Shown piece by piece: positions 18,736 through 29,178 of a stretch of DNA of 64,000 nt (the first letter of the stretch is position 1; every line of letters begins with the position of its first letter). The DNA is taken from positions 189,232-253,231 of the IMG/VR virus record IMGVR_UViG_3300044878_000136. One strand, written 5' to 3'. A program made the position numbers and the translations under genes. The stretch comes from a virus (lineage: Duplodnaviria; Heunggongvirae; Uroviricota; Caudoviricetes). The notes under the pieces were generated by a model. The model saw nothing but the letters and a program-made list of their open reading frames with translations, searched no databases and had not been told where the DNA came from.

Positions 18736-19239
18736 TTACTGTTGGATATCGCCGACGTAGATTTTCATGGTGCCGATCAGGTCTTCGAAACCGGCGGTGA
18801 GGATCCACTTCTGGATCAGACGATCGATGGACAGACCAGCGCACATTTGCAGCGTCTGGATTGCCGCATCGTTCAACTGAGGTGGACCGACTTTGGTGTC
18901 TTCGCTTGGCTTGAGCAACAGAGCCCAATCCTGGAACGACAGACCGCGACGGGATTTGTCCCCGTTGACGATTGCTGCTGTTTCCAGAACAAAGGATGTC
19001 ACCGAAGCCGAGACGAGTACACCTTGTTGCAACAGGTTGTCGAACAACCCACCAGCAGCGGACCAGGCACGGATGACTGTTTCCAGGACGGCTAGCTCCT
19101 CAGGGAAGCTGGTCTCCGTGGAAAGGCCCGAGGTCGCGTACAACGCATCAATATTAGCGTCGTGGTAGCGAACCTCGTTGTCCTTATCGGCTGCTTGGTT
19201 GTTGGTCGGGAACCCGTTTACGGTGTAAACGAGGCTCAT
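18736..19239 (-). CDS. conserved virion-associated protein (gp91-like)
   Basis: Stop/start overlap with the upstream gene; synteny. Confidence 0.55.
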   Translation of the reverse strand: MSLVYTVNGFPTNNQAADKDNEVRYHDANIDALYATSGLSTETSFPEELAVLETVIRAWSAAGGLFDNLLQQGVLVSASVTSFVLETAAIVNGDKSRRGLSFQDWALLLKPSEDTKVGPPQLNDAAIQTLQMCAGLSIDRLIQKWILTAGFEDLIGTMKIYVGDIQQ

Positions 19240-20138
19240 CAGTTACCCTCCATCTGCGCGACCTTCGCGCGGACCAGCACGAGCTCACGCTCGTAGCCTT
19301 CGATGATCGACTGGGTGCGAGCATCCGCACCGCCGCGTGCAGATTGAGTCAATGCTTCGAGACGCATCTCGATGGCACGACGTTCTTTCTTTGCACGCTC
19401 ATAGCGCTCGATGTCACGGTTGACGGAGCGAACACCGACTGCCGTGAACAGGCTGGACAGCAGCGGAACCACACCCAGCTCCAGAGGATCGCCAGCGCCA
19501 CCCATCAGAGCAGGGACAGGGATTCCGCTACCAGCGTCGGAAACCACCAATTCCGGGATGGCGTGCAACTTCCCCATGATGACCCGAGGATCATCGTAGA
19601 GTAGTTCCAGGATCCGGAAGTAACTCGCACGGTTGTTGTCCAACCATTCGATTTCAGCTTTGCTCAATTCACCTTTCTCAGGAGACTGGAAGACCAGTAC
19701 GTTGGTCTCCGCCGTAACCAGTCGCAACATCATGCGGCTGGTGTAGTCACCGAAGAAGTCAAGGATCTCGATCAGCCGCAACACGGTCACGGTCTGGTAC
19801 GTGATGCCTTCCACGAAGATCGTGTCTTTCAACACTTTCGCCGTGTGATCGGTGAGCAACTCACCGAGCTTGAGGGCATTGTCCTTGGCCTGTTCGATGG
19901 TCTCGATCAGAGGGTTGCGCAGGTTACGAACCCGCGACGGAACGAACTTCAGGAACGCCGCCAGGAATTCCTTACCGTACTGCGACGTGTACACGCCGGT
20001 TGGCAAGGCCTGGGCCAGGTTCTCCAGAGCTGGTGCGACGACGTCGGCCAACTTGGACAGGGCGAGGCGCAATTTCTCACGCACATCCTTTTTGCCGAAC
20101 GTCGGCAACAGCTTGCGGATAAACTCAAGGGGCTTCAT
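19239..20138 (-). CDS. inner-body protein (gp90-like)
   Basis: 299 aa with a C-terminal coiled coil; follows the gp89-like gene. Confidence 0.6.
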   Translation of the reverse strand: MKPLEFIRKLLPTFGKKDVREKLRLALSKLADVVAPALENLAQALPTGVYTSQYGKEFLAAFLKFVPSRVRNLRNPLIETIEQAKDNALKLGELLTDHTAKVLKDTIFVEGITYQTVTVLRLIEILDFFGDYTSRMMLRLVTAETNVLVFQSPEKGELSKAEIEWLDNNRASYFRILELLYDDPRVIMGKLHAIPELVVSDAGSGIPVPALMGGAGDPLELGVVPLLSSLFTAVGVRSVNRDIERYERAKKERRAIEMRLEALTQSARGGADARTQSIIEGYERELVLVRAKVAQMEGN

Positions 20139-20166
20139 GTGTGCTCACTCGATGCAGGGGTGGGAA

Positions 20167-21411
20167 TTACAGACGGCCTGGAACGCGACCTTCCATGAAC
20201 AGCTTCATCATGTCGGTCAGGTCGTTGGACTTGCCAGCGCCCTTCAGGTCCTTCATAGCGTAGACGCCAGGTTGTTCGATGTCACGGGTGTACAGCGTGA
20301 CGGTGTCGTGGTCGGTGTCGATCACGAACAGCAGCATCAACATCGAGTCGTCGAAGATCTGTTGACGAATCGCGAAGTCGTCGATACGCCCGGAGATGAT
20401 TGATTCCACGTCACGGATGGTGTCACGCGTGGTGATGGCAATGGAGGACGCAACGCCCACCGAAGTTTCACCGGTCATCAGAGTGGCCAGCAGACCTTTG
20501 TTCGCGCGTTTGTACGCGGACTTGAAGTAGCCGGACTTGTCGGCCATGGCCGCTTGACGGTAACGGTCGATGTAGTCCTGGTTCATTACCAGGTCACGCC
20601 ACATGGAGATCTCGCCCACACGCCATTTACGCATACGAGCCGAACGGGAGCGGTCTTCGCCACCCAAGGCCAGGATCTCTTTCATCACCGCTGGATCAGC
20701 GCCGATGGTGCGCAGACGGATCTGCACAGGCAGAGTAGCCTTCTTGCCGTTCTTCTCGATGGTCACGTCAACGATCTGACCAACGGCCAGGTTGTCGATG
20801 TCCTTGGCGGTAGCGGTAGCGGCGCTGGAAGAGATGCCAACGTCGCGCTGACCATCAGCTTTAATACCGGCAGCATCAAGCACGCCCGACAGGACGGTCG
20901 GGTTGGAGTTGACGGACTGTGGCAATGCGGCTTCGGTGCAGTAGTTGCTGTAACGTTCCAGACCAGCAGCTTCGCCAACAAATGGCAAACCGAATTGGTA
21001 TGACTCGGTAGACAACATGCCCAATGTGGCCAGGCCGGCAGAACGGTCAGGGGCGAAGCGATCCAGGTACTTGGAGACCTTGATACCTTCAATGGTGTTA
21101 TCCGCAGCAACAGCCATCAGGTAGTACGCAGTGAACAGGCGCTGAGCGGTGTTCAACACGTCTTTGATGTTCTGGTAGCGAGCGGCGCGTGCGTCGATCA
21201 GGCAGAAGGGTTCGACACGAACCGACTGAGTAGCCTTGACGTAGTTACCTGGAGAACGCTCCATGGTAGTGGTCAGGGCTTTGACAGCAGAATCGATACC
21301 GGTATCGACACCTTTCTTGACGACGGCTTGTACACCGGCTTCAATCGCAGATGTCGCGGCTACAGTGCCAGCGAGCTTGAGCCCGGTGACGAGCAAAGAT
21401 CCGAAGGACAT
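20167..21411 (-). CDS. inner-body/head protein (gp89-like)
   Basis: LSTES motif, size, and divergent orientation from the gp88-like gene. Confidence 0.6.
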   Translation of the reverse strand: MSFGSLLVTGLKLAGTVAATSAIEAGVQAVVKKGVDTGIDSAVKALTTTMERSPGNYVKATQSVRVEPFCLIDARAARYQNIKDVLNTAQRLFTAYYLMAVAADNTIEGIKVSKYLDRFAPDRSAGLATLGMLSTESYQFGLPFVGEAAGLERYSNYCTEAALPQSVNSNPTVLSGVLDAAGIKADGQRDVGISSSAATATAKDIDNLAVGQIVDVTIEKNGKKATLPVQIRLRTIGADPAVMKEILALGGEDRSRSARMRKWRVGEISMWRDLVMNQDYIDRYRQAAMADKSGYFKSAYKRANKGLLATLMTGETSVGVASSIAITTRDTIRDVESIISGRIDDFAIRQQIFDDSMLMLLFVIDTDHDTVTLYTRDIEQPGVYAMKDLKGAGKSNDLTDMMKLFMEGRVPGRL

Positions 21412-21469
21412 GGGGTTCTCCTAGAGGGCGTAGGGGTGTTGAACATAAAATTTGAAGACGAGGTTCACG

Positions 21470-22540
21470 ATGGCAGCAAACACAGAGGATTTCCTTTATA
21501 AAGAAGTCCTAACCGCAGTAGCCGCACAACAGGGTCAGCAGAACACCTGGGATGTAGTCGATAACATCTCCCGGTCGATGGGTAGCGGCTCCGAATACAG
21601 TCGTTATGGCGACTACTTCTACGGCCTTAATCGATTACCCAACCTTGCACCACTTCCAACACATCAGGAGCTGCAAGGCCTAGTCCTCTTCACAAGGCCC
21701 AGCCTTAATCTGTCATACGATAACATCTCGTATCTCAGGACCATGACTCACTTGCTGACTCAAGATCCTCAGAGCTACCAGTATGCGGTTCGCATGATGT
21801 TGGACACCACGACGAATCGGGCGACTATTAACAAGTCTCCGTTGGTCGATCCATACATGCCGTACCTGACTTTGCTGAGCAACAGTATCGTCACGCTGAG
21901 TCCTCCGCCTGACATGGGGATCAACACCTACGTCAGTCCAGAAGGTCTGATGAAAGAAGCGTGGATCATGAACGACTCTATCGCAGAGTATAATGGCCGC
22001 TACGATCTGACGGCTACGTTCAACAACGTGAAGGGCGGGGCGATCCCGATGATGTTCCACGCATGGTTGTCGTACATGGGTGCCATCCGGATTGGTCCTG
22101 CGGTTCCTCACGCTGAGGCTCGACGTAAAGACTGTATGGATTACTTTACTCGCATCGAGCGTTATAAGTTCGACACGAGTGGTCGCTTCATCGAACAGTG
22201 GTTCCACACCGGCGCCAGCCTTCCGACCAACATCTCGATCGGTAGTGCGTTTGGCTACAACCGTGAAGAAGGCATCGAGATGGAGAACAAACAGTTCTCG
22301 GTGCAGTTCGCCTCGGTGGGTGCGGTCTACAACGATCCGATCCAATTGATGGAGTTCAACCTGCGGATTGAGAGCTTCAACAAGAAGATGGTCGCGCGTG
22401 GTTTGCACTACGTGAAGATCCCTCACTCCCTCATTGCGGCGACGAACTACTACGGCTATCCGTACATCAACCTCGCCACTTACGAGTTGGAGTGGTGGAT
22501 CGAAAAAGAACTCCTGGACAAATTGACGAAAGGGCTTTGA
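21470..22540 (+). CDS. virion structural protein (gp88-like; tail/baseplate)
   Basis: ATG 21470 follows GAGG (the track uses TTG 21452); directly abuts the 976-aa gene. Confidence 0.6.
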   Translation: MAANTEDFLYKEVLTAVAAQQGQQNTWDVVDNISRSMGSGSEYSRYGDYFYGLNRLPNLAPLPTHQELQGLVLFTRPSLNLSYDNISYLRTMTHLLTQDPQSYQYAVRMMLDTTTNRATINKSPLVDPYMPYLTLLSNSIVTLSPPPDMGINTYVSPEGLMKEAWIMNDSIAEYNGRYDLTATFNNVKGGAIPMMFHAWLSYMGAIRIGPAVPHAEARRKDCMDYFTRIERYKFDTSGRFIEQWFHTGASLPTNISIGSAFGYNREEGIEMENKQFSVQFASVGAVYNDPIQLMEFNLRIESFNKKMVARGLHYVKIPHSLIAATNYYGYPYINLATYELEWWIEKELLDKLTKGL

Positions 22541-22541
22541 A

Positions 22542-25472
22542 ATGATTTCCAGCGATATCCTGAACATGATGTCGGAGTTGCGCTACGAGCCAACCCGACT
22601 TCAAGGTTACTTGATGGGACTGGTGGAGGACGTGTTTGACGGAGAGGTTCTCCTGACTGACCCGAGCCTTCCCTTTCCCTTCCTGATGGAGTCTTCGGTA
22701 CTGCTGACCGCTGGCGCTGTCCAGCGTGATGAGGTCCTCACGTCCCGTCAGTTCCCCAACATGGCCAAGACTGATGAAGACTTGTACCACCACTTGACCG
22801 ATGCTGACTTCTCCAAGATGTTCGGCTCGGCAGGCGAGGGTTGGTTCTACATCTATCTGTCCAAAGAAGAGGTGTTGGCCAATGCCGTGCAAGTGGGACA
22901 AACCCGCACACGCAAGCTGACCATTCCTCGCCACACGTCGATCACCGTGAACGGCTTGGTCTTCACCATGCAGTATCCGATCAACTTCATCGTGAAAGCT
23001 CACGGTGGCATTGACGTGGTCTACGACGCTTCGATCACCTCGCCACTCCAGACGCTGAAAGGCAACCGGGTAGAAGTGGACACCGTGAAGTTGCGTTCGG
23101 TGACTGATGGTCAAACGCCGATCGAGTTCCTGCGTCTGCGCGTCAAACTGAAACAAATGAAGCTGACCTCGTACGTCGCTTCGTTGACCTCGTCGACTTC
23201 CCTGAAGAAAGTCTACGAGCTGACCGACAACTACTTGTACACTCGTGCGTTCTACCAGCGTACGGATGGCAAGTGGGAACCGATGCAGACCACTCACTCG
23301 CAGCAAGTGTTCGATGCCCTGAAACCGACTCTCTTGCTCAAGGTGATCGGTAATGAGTTGACGGTGGAATTGCCGTACGTCTATTACCTCAACAAGACGG
23401 TCACCCGGAACATTCGTGTCGATGTCTACACCACCAAAGGTGAGATCAACATGAACCTTGGTACGGTTGAGGCGAAGGGCTTCCAAGCCGATTACCTCGA
23501 TCTGGACAACGATGACAACGGTATCTTCACTGCACCGCTGGAAGTCATGTCGACCATCAGCATCATGTCCACCGACACTGCATCGGGCGGTACGTCTGCA
23601 CCGAGCTTTGCTGAACGCCGTGACCGGATGCTCAACAACGCCACTGGTCCTCAGGTGATCCCGATCAGTAACGCGCAGATGGAAACGACGTTGGAAGACT
23701 TGGGCTTTAATAGCTCGATGTACGAAGACGACGTCTCGATTCGTACCTACATCGCGTCGAAGGCCATGCCGAACCATGCGCAAGGTCAGGCGTCGACGGG
23801 TATCGATACCGCTGTGATGACCATGAAGACCACGCTCGAGGAAATCTCGGGATTGGAAACTGTGATCGTCAACGGCGATCGGTACACGATCACTCCGAAG
23901 ACCATGTATCGCAACATGGATGGCGTGTTGACCATTCTGAACGATACGCAGCGTAAGGCGCTGAGTCTGATGTCGGGCGAGCAACTGGTGAACGCCATCG
24001 CTGGCAAGAACTTCTTGTTCACGCCACTGCACTACGTCCTCGATGCAACAGAGAATCGGTTTGTGGTGCGTCCGTACTACCTGTCCGATCCTACGTTTGA
24101 CCTGACGTCTTACTCCTCGAGTAACGACACACTGGGCCTGACCATCACTAGCTCCAACACCCGTTCGATTCGTCAGACGGATGCGGGTTACGTGATCCAG
24201 ATCCAGACGCAGTCGAACGACGTGTGGAAAGCGCTACCGGATGAACAATGCCATGTGCAACTTGCGTACATGCCAAAGTACGAATCCAACTACGCTTACC
24301 TCAAGGGCGTGCAGATCGGCAAGACCAAGGAAGGCGAGCGGATCTACGAGTTCACGGTCGGCACTAACTGGGACATCGATGAGCTGCACCAGTTGACCAC
24401 CCGCTCGTTCCAGATGTTCGATGACACTCCACGTAACTTCAAGTTGTCGCTCGATACCGAGCTGATGCTTCTGTGGTCGGTATCGGACTTCAACGTGGTC
24501 GGTGCTAAGGCCTCTGACGTAGACAGCTTCCTGGGTCGCTTCCAGCTGCCTTACGAAGTGATCGGTGTCTATCATGAGAACATCGGTTTGAAGTTCGGTG
24601 ACGAGCTCACAGGGCTTTGGGCAGGGTCTCGTGGTATGGTGGGTGATCGTAAGCCTCTGGTCTACGATGGTGACGTACCTGCGACCTATCAGACCACGGT
24701 CTATGAGATCGATCCAGACACCAAGCGTCCTAAGGTGGTCACGGTCGATGGTCGCCGTACACTCGTGGTGAAACACGCCAAAGGTGACTTTGAGCTGAAC
24801 GAAGACGGCACTCGTCGCATGCGCTACTTCAAAGGCGAAGCGATGATGGATGAATACGGGAACGTCATCTACGAAGGTGAACGTAACCTCATCCGTTGGT
24901 GGGATGTCTGCTTGTTCGACGCCGTGTATCGTTACAGTACTGACGTCAACGACGTGAAGTACCTGCGTACTGTTCCGGCTATCCTCGTGGAATGGATCAA
25001 CGATCTGTTGGCTCCTGTTCGCACGGGCGTGTTGGATCGCACCCTGCTGTTCTACCAACCGCTGAACTCGTTGAAGCACATCGACGTGTTGGTGGAAGAC
25101 GGGGAAGATCGCGTCATCTACGCCGCTCAAGATCTGCGCATCGACTACTACGTCAGCAAGCAGGTCTACGAAGACTCCGGTCTGCGTACCACACTCCAAG
25201 ACTCTGCGATCGCCGCAGTGATCAAAGGGCTGGACAAGGTGGTGGTATCGCGCAACGGTCTGGAAACAGACATCAAGGCCACTGCTGGCGCTGACGTGAT
25301 CAGTGTCCGGGTATCTGGTCTGGGTGGTTTGGAGAACGACTTCAACGTGATCACCATCAAGGATGAATCGGCACGCATGTCGGTAGCCAAGACCCTGACG
25401 ATTCGCCCTGATAACACCATCAGCGTGATCGACTCGATCAAGGTTAACTTCCTGCGTCACACCGAGAGCTAA
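22542..25472 (+). CDS. large virion protein (gp87-like; probable baseplate wedge)
   Basis: 976 aa; size and synteny. Confidence 0.6.
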   Translation: MISSDILNMMSELRYEPTRLQGYLMGLVEDVFDGEVLLTDPSLPFPFLMESSVLLTAGAVQRDEVLTSRQFPNMAKTDEDLYHHLTDADFSKMFGSAGEGWFYIYLSKEEVLANAVQVGQTRTRKLTIPRHTSITVNGLVFTMQYPINFIVKAHGGIDVVYDASITSPLQTLKGNRVEVDTVKLRSVTDGQTPIEFLRLRVKLKQMKLTSYVASLTSSTSLKKVYELTDNYLYTRAFYQRTDGKWEPMQTTHSQQVFDALKPTLLLKVIGNELTVELPYVYYLNKTVTRNIRVDVYTTKGEINMNLGTVEAKGFQADYLDLDNDDNGIFTAPLEVMSTISIMSTDTASGGTSAPSFAERRDRMLNNATGPQVIPISNAQMETTLEDLGFNSSMYEDDVSIRTYIASKAMPNHAQGQASTGIDTAVMTMKTTLEEISGLETVIVNGDRYTITPKTMYRNMDGVLTILNDTQRKALSLMSGEQLVNAIAGKNFLFTPLHYVLDATENRFVVRPYYLSDPTFDLTSYSSSNDTLGLTITSSNTRSIRQTDAGYVIQIQTQSNDVWKALPDEQCHVQLAYMPKYESNYAYLKGVQIGKTKEGERIYEFTVGTNWDIDELHQLTTRSFQMFDDTPRNFKLSLDTELMLLWSVSDFNVVGAKASDVDSFLGRFQLPYEVIGVYHENIGLKFGDELTGLWAGSRGMVGDRKPLVYDGDVPATYQTTVYEIDPDTKRPKVVTVDGRRTLVVKHAKGDFELNEDGTRRMRYFKGEAMMDEYGNVIYEGERNLIRWWDVCLFDAVYRYSTDVNDVKYLRTVPAILVEWINDLLAPVRTGVLDRTLLFYQPLNSLKHIDVLVEDGEDRVIYAAQDLRIDYYVSKQVYEDSGLRTTLQDSAIAAVIKGLDKVVVSRNGLETDIKATAGADVISVRVSGLGGLENDFNVITIKDESARMSVAKTLTIRPDNTISVIDSIKVNFLRHTES

Positions 25473-25474
25473 CA

Positions 25475-25525
25475 GCATAAAGCCACCTACCCCGCAAGGA
25501 GTAGGTGGCCTTGTGTCGCTTATGC
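25475..25525. terminator. bidirectional hairpin, GCATA class
   Basis: GCATAAA-GCCACCTAC...GCAA...GTAGGTGGC...TTATGC between convergent genes. Confidence 0.75.
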
Positions 25526-27313
25526 TGCTTCCATATCCAGCTTGGCTTGCGCTACCCACTGATCGAGCGTAGGCATCTTGCAGATGGTCTCCACGATCTC
25601 GATGCAGTTCTCTTGCGGACCAGTGAGGTTGATCGATGCATGTCGCTGCACCTCACGTCCCACACCACGGATCTTGCACGGTTCATTCATCGTCGTCTCT
25701 TTCGAGAGGTTCTGAATGATCTCCGCCGTCGGGTAAGTAGTTTCCACGTCGGCGTCGGAGTTGAATACGTGAACCATACTTCGGACAGTCGGCATGTCTT
25801 CGAATAGACAGAGACCGGTGTCCACCACGTTGTGGCTTGGGAAGGTTACGATCCACCCATCCTTACCCATGACCTTGGCGTCGTTTTCGTCAGCCATCTG
25901 GTCAGAAGTAGCGCAGATGATCTTCTTGCGTTTCTTCATGATGGAGAACATCATGTCGATAGCGTTGATCGTTGGCTGCGAGTTGAAACGAGAGTAGTCG
26001 CAAGGACCGGCCAGCATGGAGATCTGCGACGACAAGTCGGAGTTCTTCTTGTCCAACACCCACAGACCCAAGGAGTCGAAGATGTTGTACACGCCGTAAC
26101 GGACTTTGTGGTTCTTCTGCATGTCCATATGCCAGTGGATGGTACCGGACGGAACCGAGGAGTCCTCGATATCGTACTTGATCTTACCAATACCCAACTG
26201 ACGCGTCAGAACAGCGTCTAAGCCGTAGCCGCCCGATTCCTTACCCTTCGCCTTACGCAACTGCCAATACGTCTGCATCGCGTCCTGGATGCGCCAGGAG
26301 GAGGATGTCAGGGAGATGTCCCAACGCTCCTGAGGATCCAGACGCATTTCACGACCAGAAGCCGTACGCTTGACTGCTTGACCCTGTTTAATGAAGACGT
26401 TACGGAACTCGTACGGAACACGATCGTCCGAAACCAAGTCCACCATGTCGATCCCGGCATGTTGGCACGACGCTTCGATTACCTTCACGTCGTACATCAC
26501 GTTCCAGCCGGTTACCAGGTCGGGTTGCGTGTCATGCAGATGATCCACCACACCACGGGTGATGCCTGCGTGATCACCCAACTCATGGACGGTCACTGGC
26601 ATCTTCATGATGTCATCAAGGAACGATGGGTAAGCACCGGTTTCCTTGTTCTTCAGTTTGTTGATCACTGTTTGCTGCCAACCAGCCAACGCCAACTTGA
26701 ACTCGGCAATCACTTGCTCGGTGTAGTTGGTGATCTCTGGACACCATTCACGATGAGCCACGTACAGCTCAATACCGTCATCACTTACAGCCGACCACAA
26801 GATCGGACGAGTCCAGTCGCCGAACACGTCGGTCTCGGAGTCGATTACGGTGACCTTGTTCGGACGGAAGGTGTCTGGCCACTTCTGTGCGTAGGTCTGC
26901 TTCATGAAGACTTCAGGACCAGCATCGAGACCGTAGAGGTATTGGCTACGTGCCAACATCTTCACGCCGTGTGCTGGGTTACCGAAACCCAATCTGAAGC
27001 AGATGTCTTGACGCAGGTTCATTTGCGTGGACTTGAACATGTCAACGCGCGCCAGATCTTCGAACTGAATCTTGTCTGGGTGGGTCCGGAAGTGTGGCTT
27101 GGTTACCCAGTAAGGACGCTCGTAGTTCTTACGCAGGCGGATGTTCGGGATACGACGGCCGTCTTTGAGGATCAGGTATTCCTTGATCGTCAGCATGTCA
27201 TCGCGAGAACCTTCACCGCTAGAAGTGGTGTAGGTGATGTGCTTGCATTCACGCGCTACAATGTCGCCTGGCTGTAGCGAGGCAATAATGGCATCAGCTT
27301 CTTTGCGTTTCAT
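25520..27313 (-). CDS. DNA polymerase 3'-5' exonuclease-containing subunit (phiKZ gp82-like)
   Basis: ExoI IDSETD, ExoII GWNVMYD and ExoIII YNIFD motifs; no C-terminal DTDS motif. Confidence 0.8.
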   Translation of the reverse strand: MKRKEADAIIASLQPGDIVARECKHITYTTSSGEGSRDDMLTIKEYLILKDGRRIPNIRLRKNYERPYWVTKPHFRTHPDKIQFEDLARVDMFKSTQMNLRQDICFRLGFGNPAHGVKMLARSQYLYGLDAGPEVFMKQTYAQKWPDTFRPNKVTVIDSETDVFGDWTRPILWSAVSDDGIELYVAHREWCPEITNYTEQVIAEFKLALAGWQQTVINKLKNKETGAYPSFLDDIMKMPVTVHELGDHAGITRGVVDHLHDTQPDLVTGWNVMYDVKVIEASCQHAGIDMVDLVSDDRVPYEFRNVFIKQGQAVKRTASGREMRLDPQERWDISLTSSSWRIQDAMQTYWQLRKAKGKESGGYGLDAVLTRQLGIGKIKYDIEDSSVPSGTIHWHMDMQKNHKVRYGVYNIFDSLGLWVLDKKNSDLSSQISMLAGPCDYSRFNSQPTINAIDMMFSIMKKRKKIICATSDQMADENDAKVMGKDGWIVTFPSHNVVDTGLCLFEDMPTVRSMVHVFNSDADVETTYPTAEIIQNLSKETTMNEPCKIRGVGREVQRHASINLTGPQENCIEIVETICKMPTLDQWVAQAKLDMEAA

Positions 27314-27420
27314 TGATTCGGTGGTCCTGCTTAGTTAACTATCCAATGAACAGACGTTGTAATTAATTATCGCGTCTGCTGAAAAGGGTATGTATAAAAC
27401 CTCATTCGAAGGACACCGCT

Positions 27421-28734
27421 ATGTTCGATTTCACCGACCTGTCCCAGGAAGCCATCAGCCTCCAAGTGAACAGTGCGTACCCTAAAGCTGTTACTGCGAT
27501 CTTCGAGAGCTGCATCGCTCAGAAGGACGATCACTCCGCGGTATTGATGCAGCTGGAAAAGCTTGCAAGCCTCACCATGGACGAGGTAGGCATTAACGTG
27601 ACCTTCGGTTACCTTCAAGCCGAATTCATCGCAGGCAAGTACCTGTGCAGTATCAAGCCACCTCAGTTGACGTCCTTCAATCCGCTGATGCCAAAGATGA
27701 TGGCGCGGGTGGCTGAACTCGATTACACCAACTTCGTACCAGACGAAGTGCTGAGCGGTAAGCTCGACATGCAGCGTGTCAAGGCGTCTGGCTTCTATAG
27801 TCAGATCCAGTTCTTGATCAAGTTCACTCCTGAGATGTTTGATGGCACACTCGATGCCAAAGAACTCTGCGCTGTCTATATCCACGAGCTGGGTCACGCC
27901 TGGACCATCCTCGAGTTCATGGGTCAGACCGTGATCACCAACGCCATCCTCGCTGAGTCGATCGGCAAGCTGGGCCCTGACGATAGCGCCGAACGTGTCT
28001 TCGAAGTCGGCCGTGCTGCGATCCTGATGGCCGGGGGTGATGTACCGGATGAAGTCACCGACATGATGGACATCGTGGTCTGCATCCAGCAGGGTCAGGA
28101 GAAGCGTATCCAGAATCGTCTGTCCTCTAAGTTCGTGGGCAATCGTCTGGTTGAGCGTGTAGCAGATCAGTTCGCTTCTCGCTTCTTGTTGGGCGCATCC
28201 CTGGTGACTGCATTCGGCAAGATCGAACGCAACCGTAACCCGATCATGGCGAGCACTGGCTACGATCCTAAGTGGGTGGGTATCACGTCCAACCTGCTGA
28301 GCATCGTGACCTTCCCATTCAGCTCAGTAACCAAGGGTGCATTCAAGCTGACCCTCAGTATCCTGAAAGGCTACTCGTTGTCCATCGCCTCCCCGCTCCT
28401 TAAAGCAGCGACCACGGACTACATGAACGATCGCTTCGGTCTAGCAGACCGTGAGACGCCATTGGAGCGTACTGCGTCGATTCGCCGTGAGATGGTGGGC
28501 TATCTGAAGAACCCTTCCCTGGACGCTGATATACGCAAGCAGGTGATGGCTGACATCAACACCATCGACGTGGAATTGCGCAACGTTCACAAATACGGTG
28601 ACGTCATCAGCAAGGTCTTCACTGGCGCATACAACCTCGCTATTGGGCGTAGTCATGCTGTGGGTCAGGCTACCGTGCAGGAGTCTCTGGCCAACAACCG
28701 TTTGTATGAAGCCGCCGCTGCCCTGAAAGGATAG
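27421..28734 (+). CDS. virion protein with a zincin (HExxH) motif
   Basis: IHELGH, ERVADQFA and TPLER in M48-like order; LSQEA near the N-terminus. Confidence 0.65.
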   Translation: MFDFTDLSQEAISLQVNSAYPKAVTAIFESCIAQKDDHSAVLMQLEKLASLTMDEVGINVTFGYLQAEFIAGKYLCSIKPPQLTSFNPLMPKMMARVAELDYTNFVPDEVLSGKLDMQRVKASGFYSQIQFLIKFTPEMFDGTLDAKELCAVYIHELGHAWTILEFMGQTVITNAILAESIGKLGPDDSAERVFEVGRAAILMAGGDVPDEVTDMMDIVVCIQQGQEKRIQNRLSSKFVGNRLVERVADQFASRFLLGASLVTAFGKIERNRNPIMASTGYDPKWVGITSNLLSIVTFPFSSVTKGAFKLTLSILKGYSLSIASPLLKAATTDYMNDRFGLADRETPLERTASIRREMVGYLKNPSLDADIRKQVMADINTIDVELRNVHKYGDVISKVFTGAYNLAIGRSHAVGQATVQESLANNRLYEAAAALKG

Positions 28735-28741
28735 AGTCACC

Positions 28742-29158
28742 ATGAACAAACTCGCCATCGCCCAAGAACTTGCCGTCCTCCCGGATGGCATCATGATCGA
28801 AAACCGGCGTCAGCGCATCACCGCACAACTGGGCCTGGCATCTGGACTGATCGTTCCACTGTCTGGCACAGAGCTCCCACCCGGCGAGCAACGCAACTAC
28901 TTCTACGCCAACGCCGAAGAGATTCAATCGGTGTTGTACCAGATCAACGAATGCATTCCTTTCATGGTCGAACGTTCCATGGAAATCGGCTATCGTGTCT
29001 GGGCACAGCGTCACGAGCAAGCCTTCCGTCCGAAAGCTCTCGATCTGTATGAAGGTGGTTGTGTGCGAGCCATCACTCCTGAAGCGACTGAACTGCTACT
29101 CACCGCTGCTGACGTAGAACGCGGTGTGGCACTGATTCGTGAAGGGTTGGCTGTATAA
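28742..29158 (+). CDS. virion-associated hypothetical protein (138 aa)
   Basis: In an operon with the flanking structural genes. Confidence 0.65.
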   Translation: MNKLAIAQELAVLPDGIMIENRRQRITAQLGLASGLIVPLSGTELPPGEQRNYFYANAEEIQSVLYQINECIPFMVERSMEIGYRVWAQRHEQAFRPKALDLYEGGCVRAITPEATELLLTAADVERGVALIREGLAV

Positions 29159-29178
29159 CGTCGAAACATTAGAAGGAC

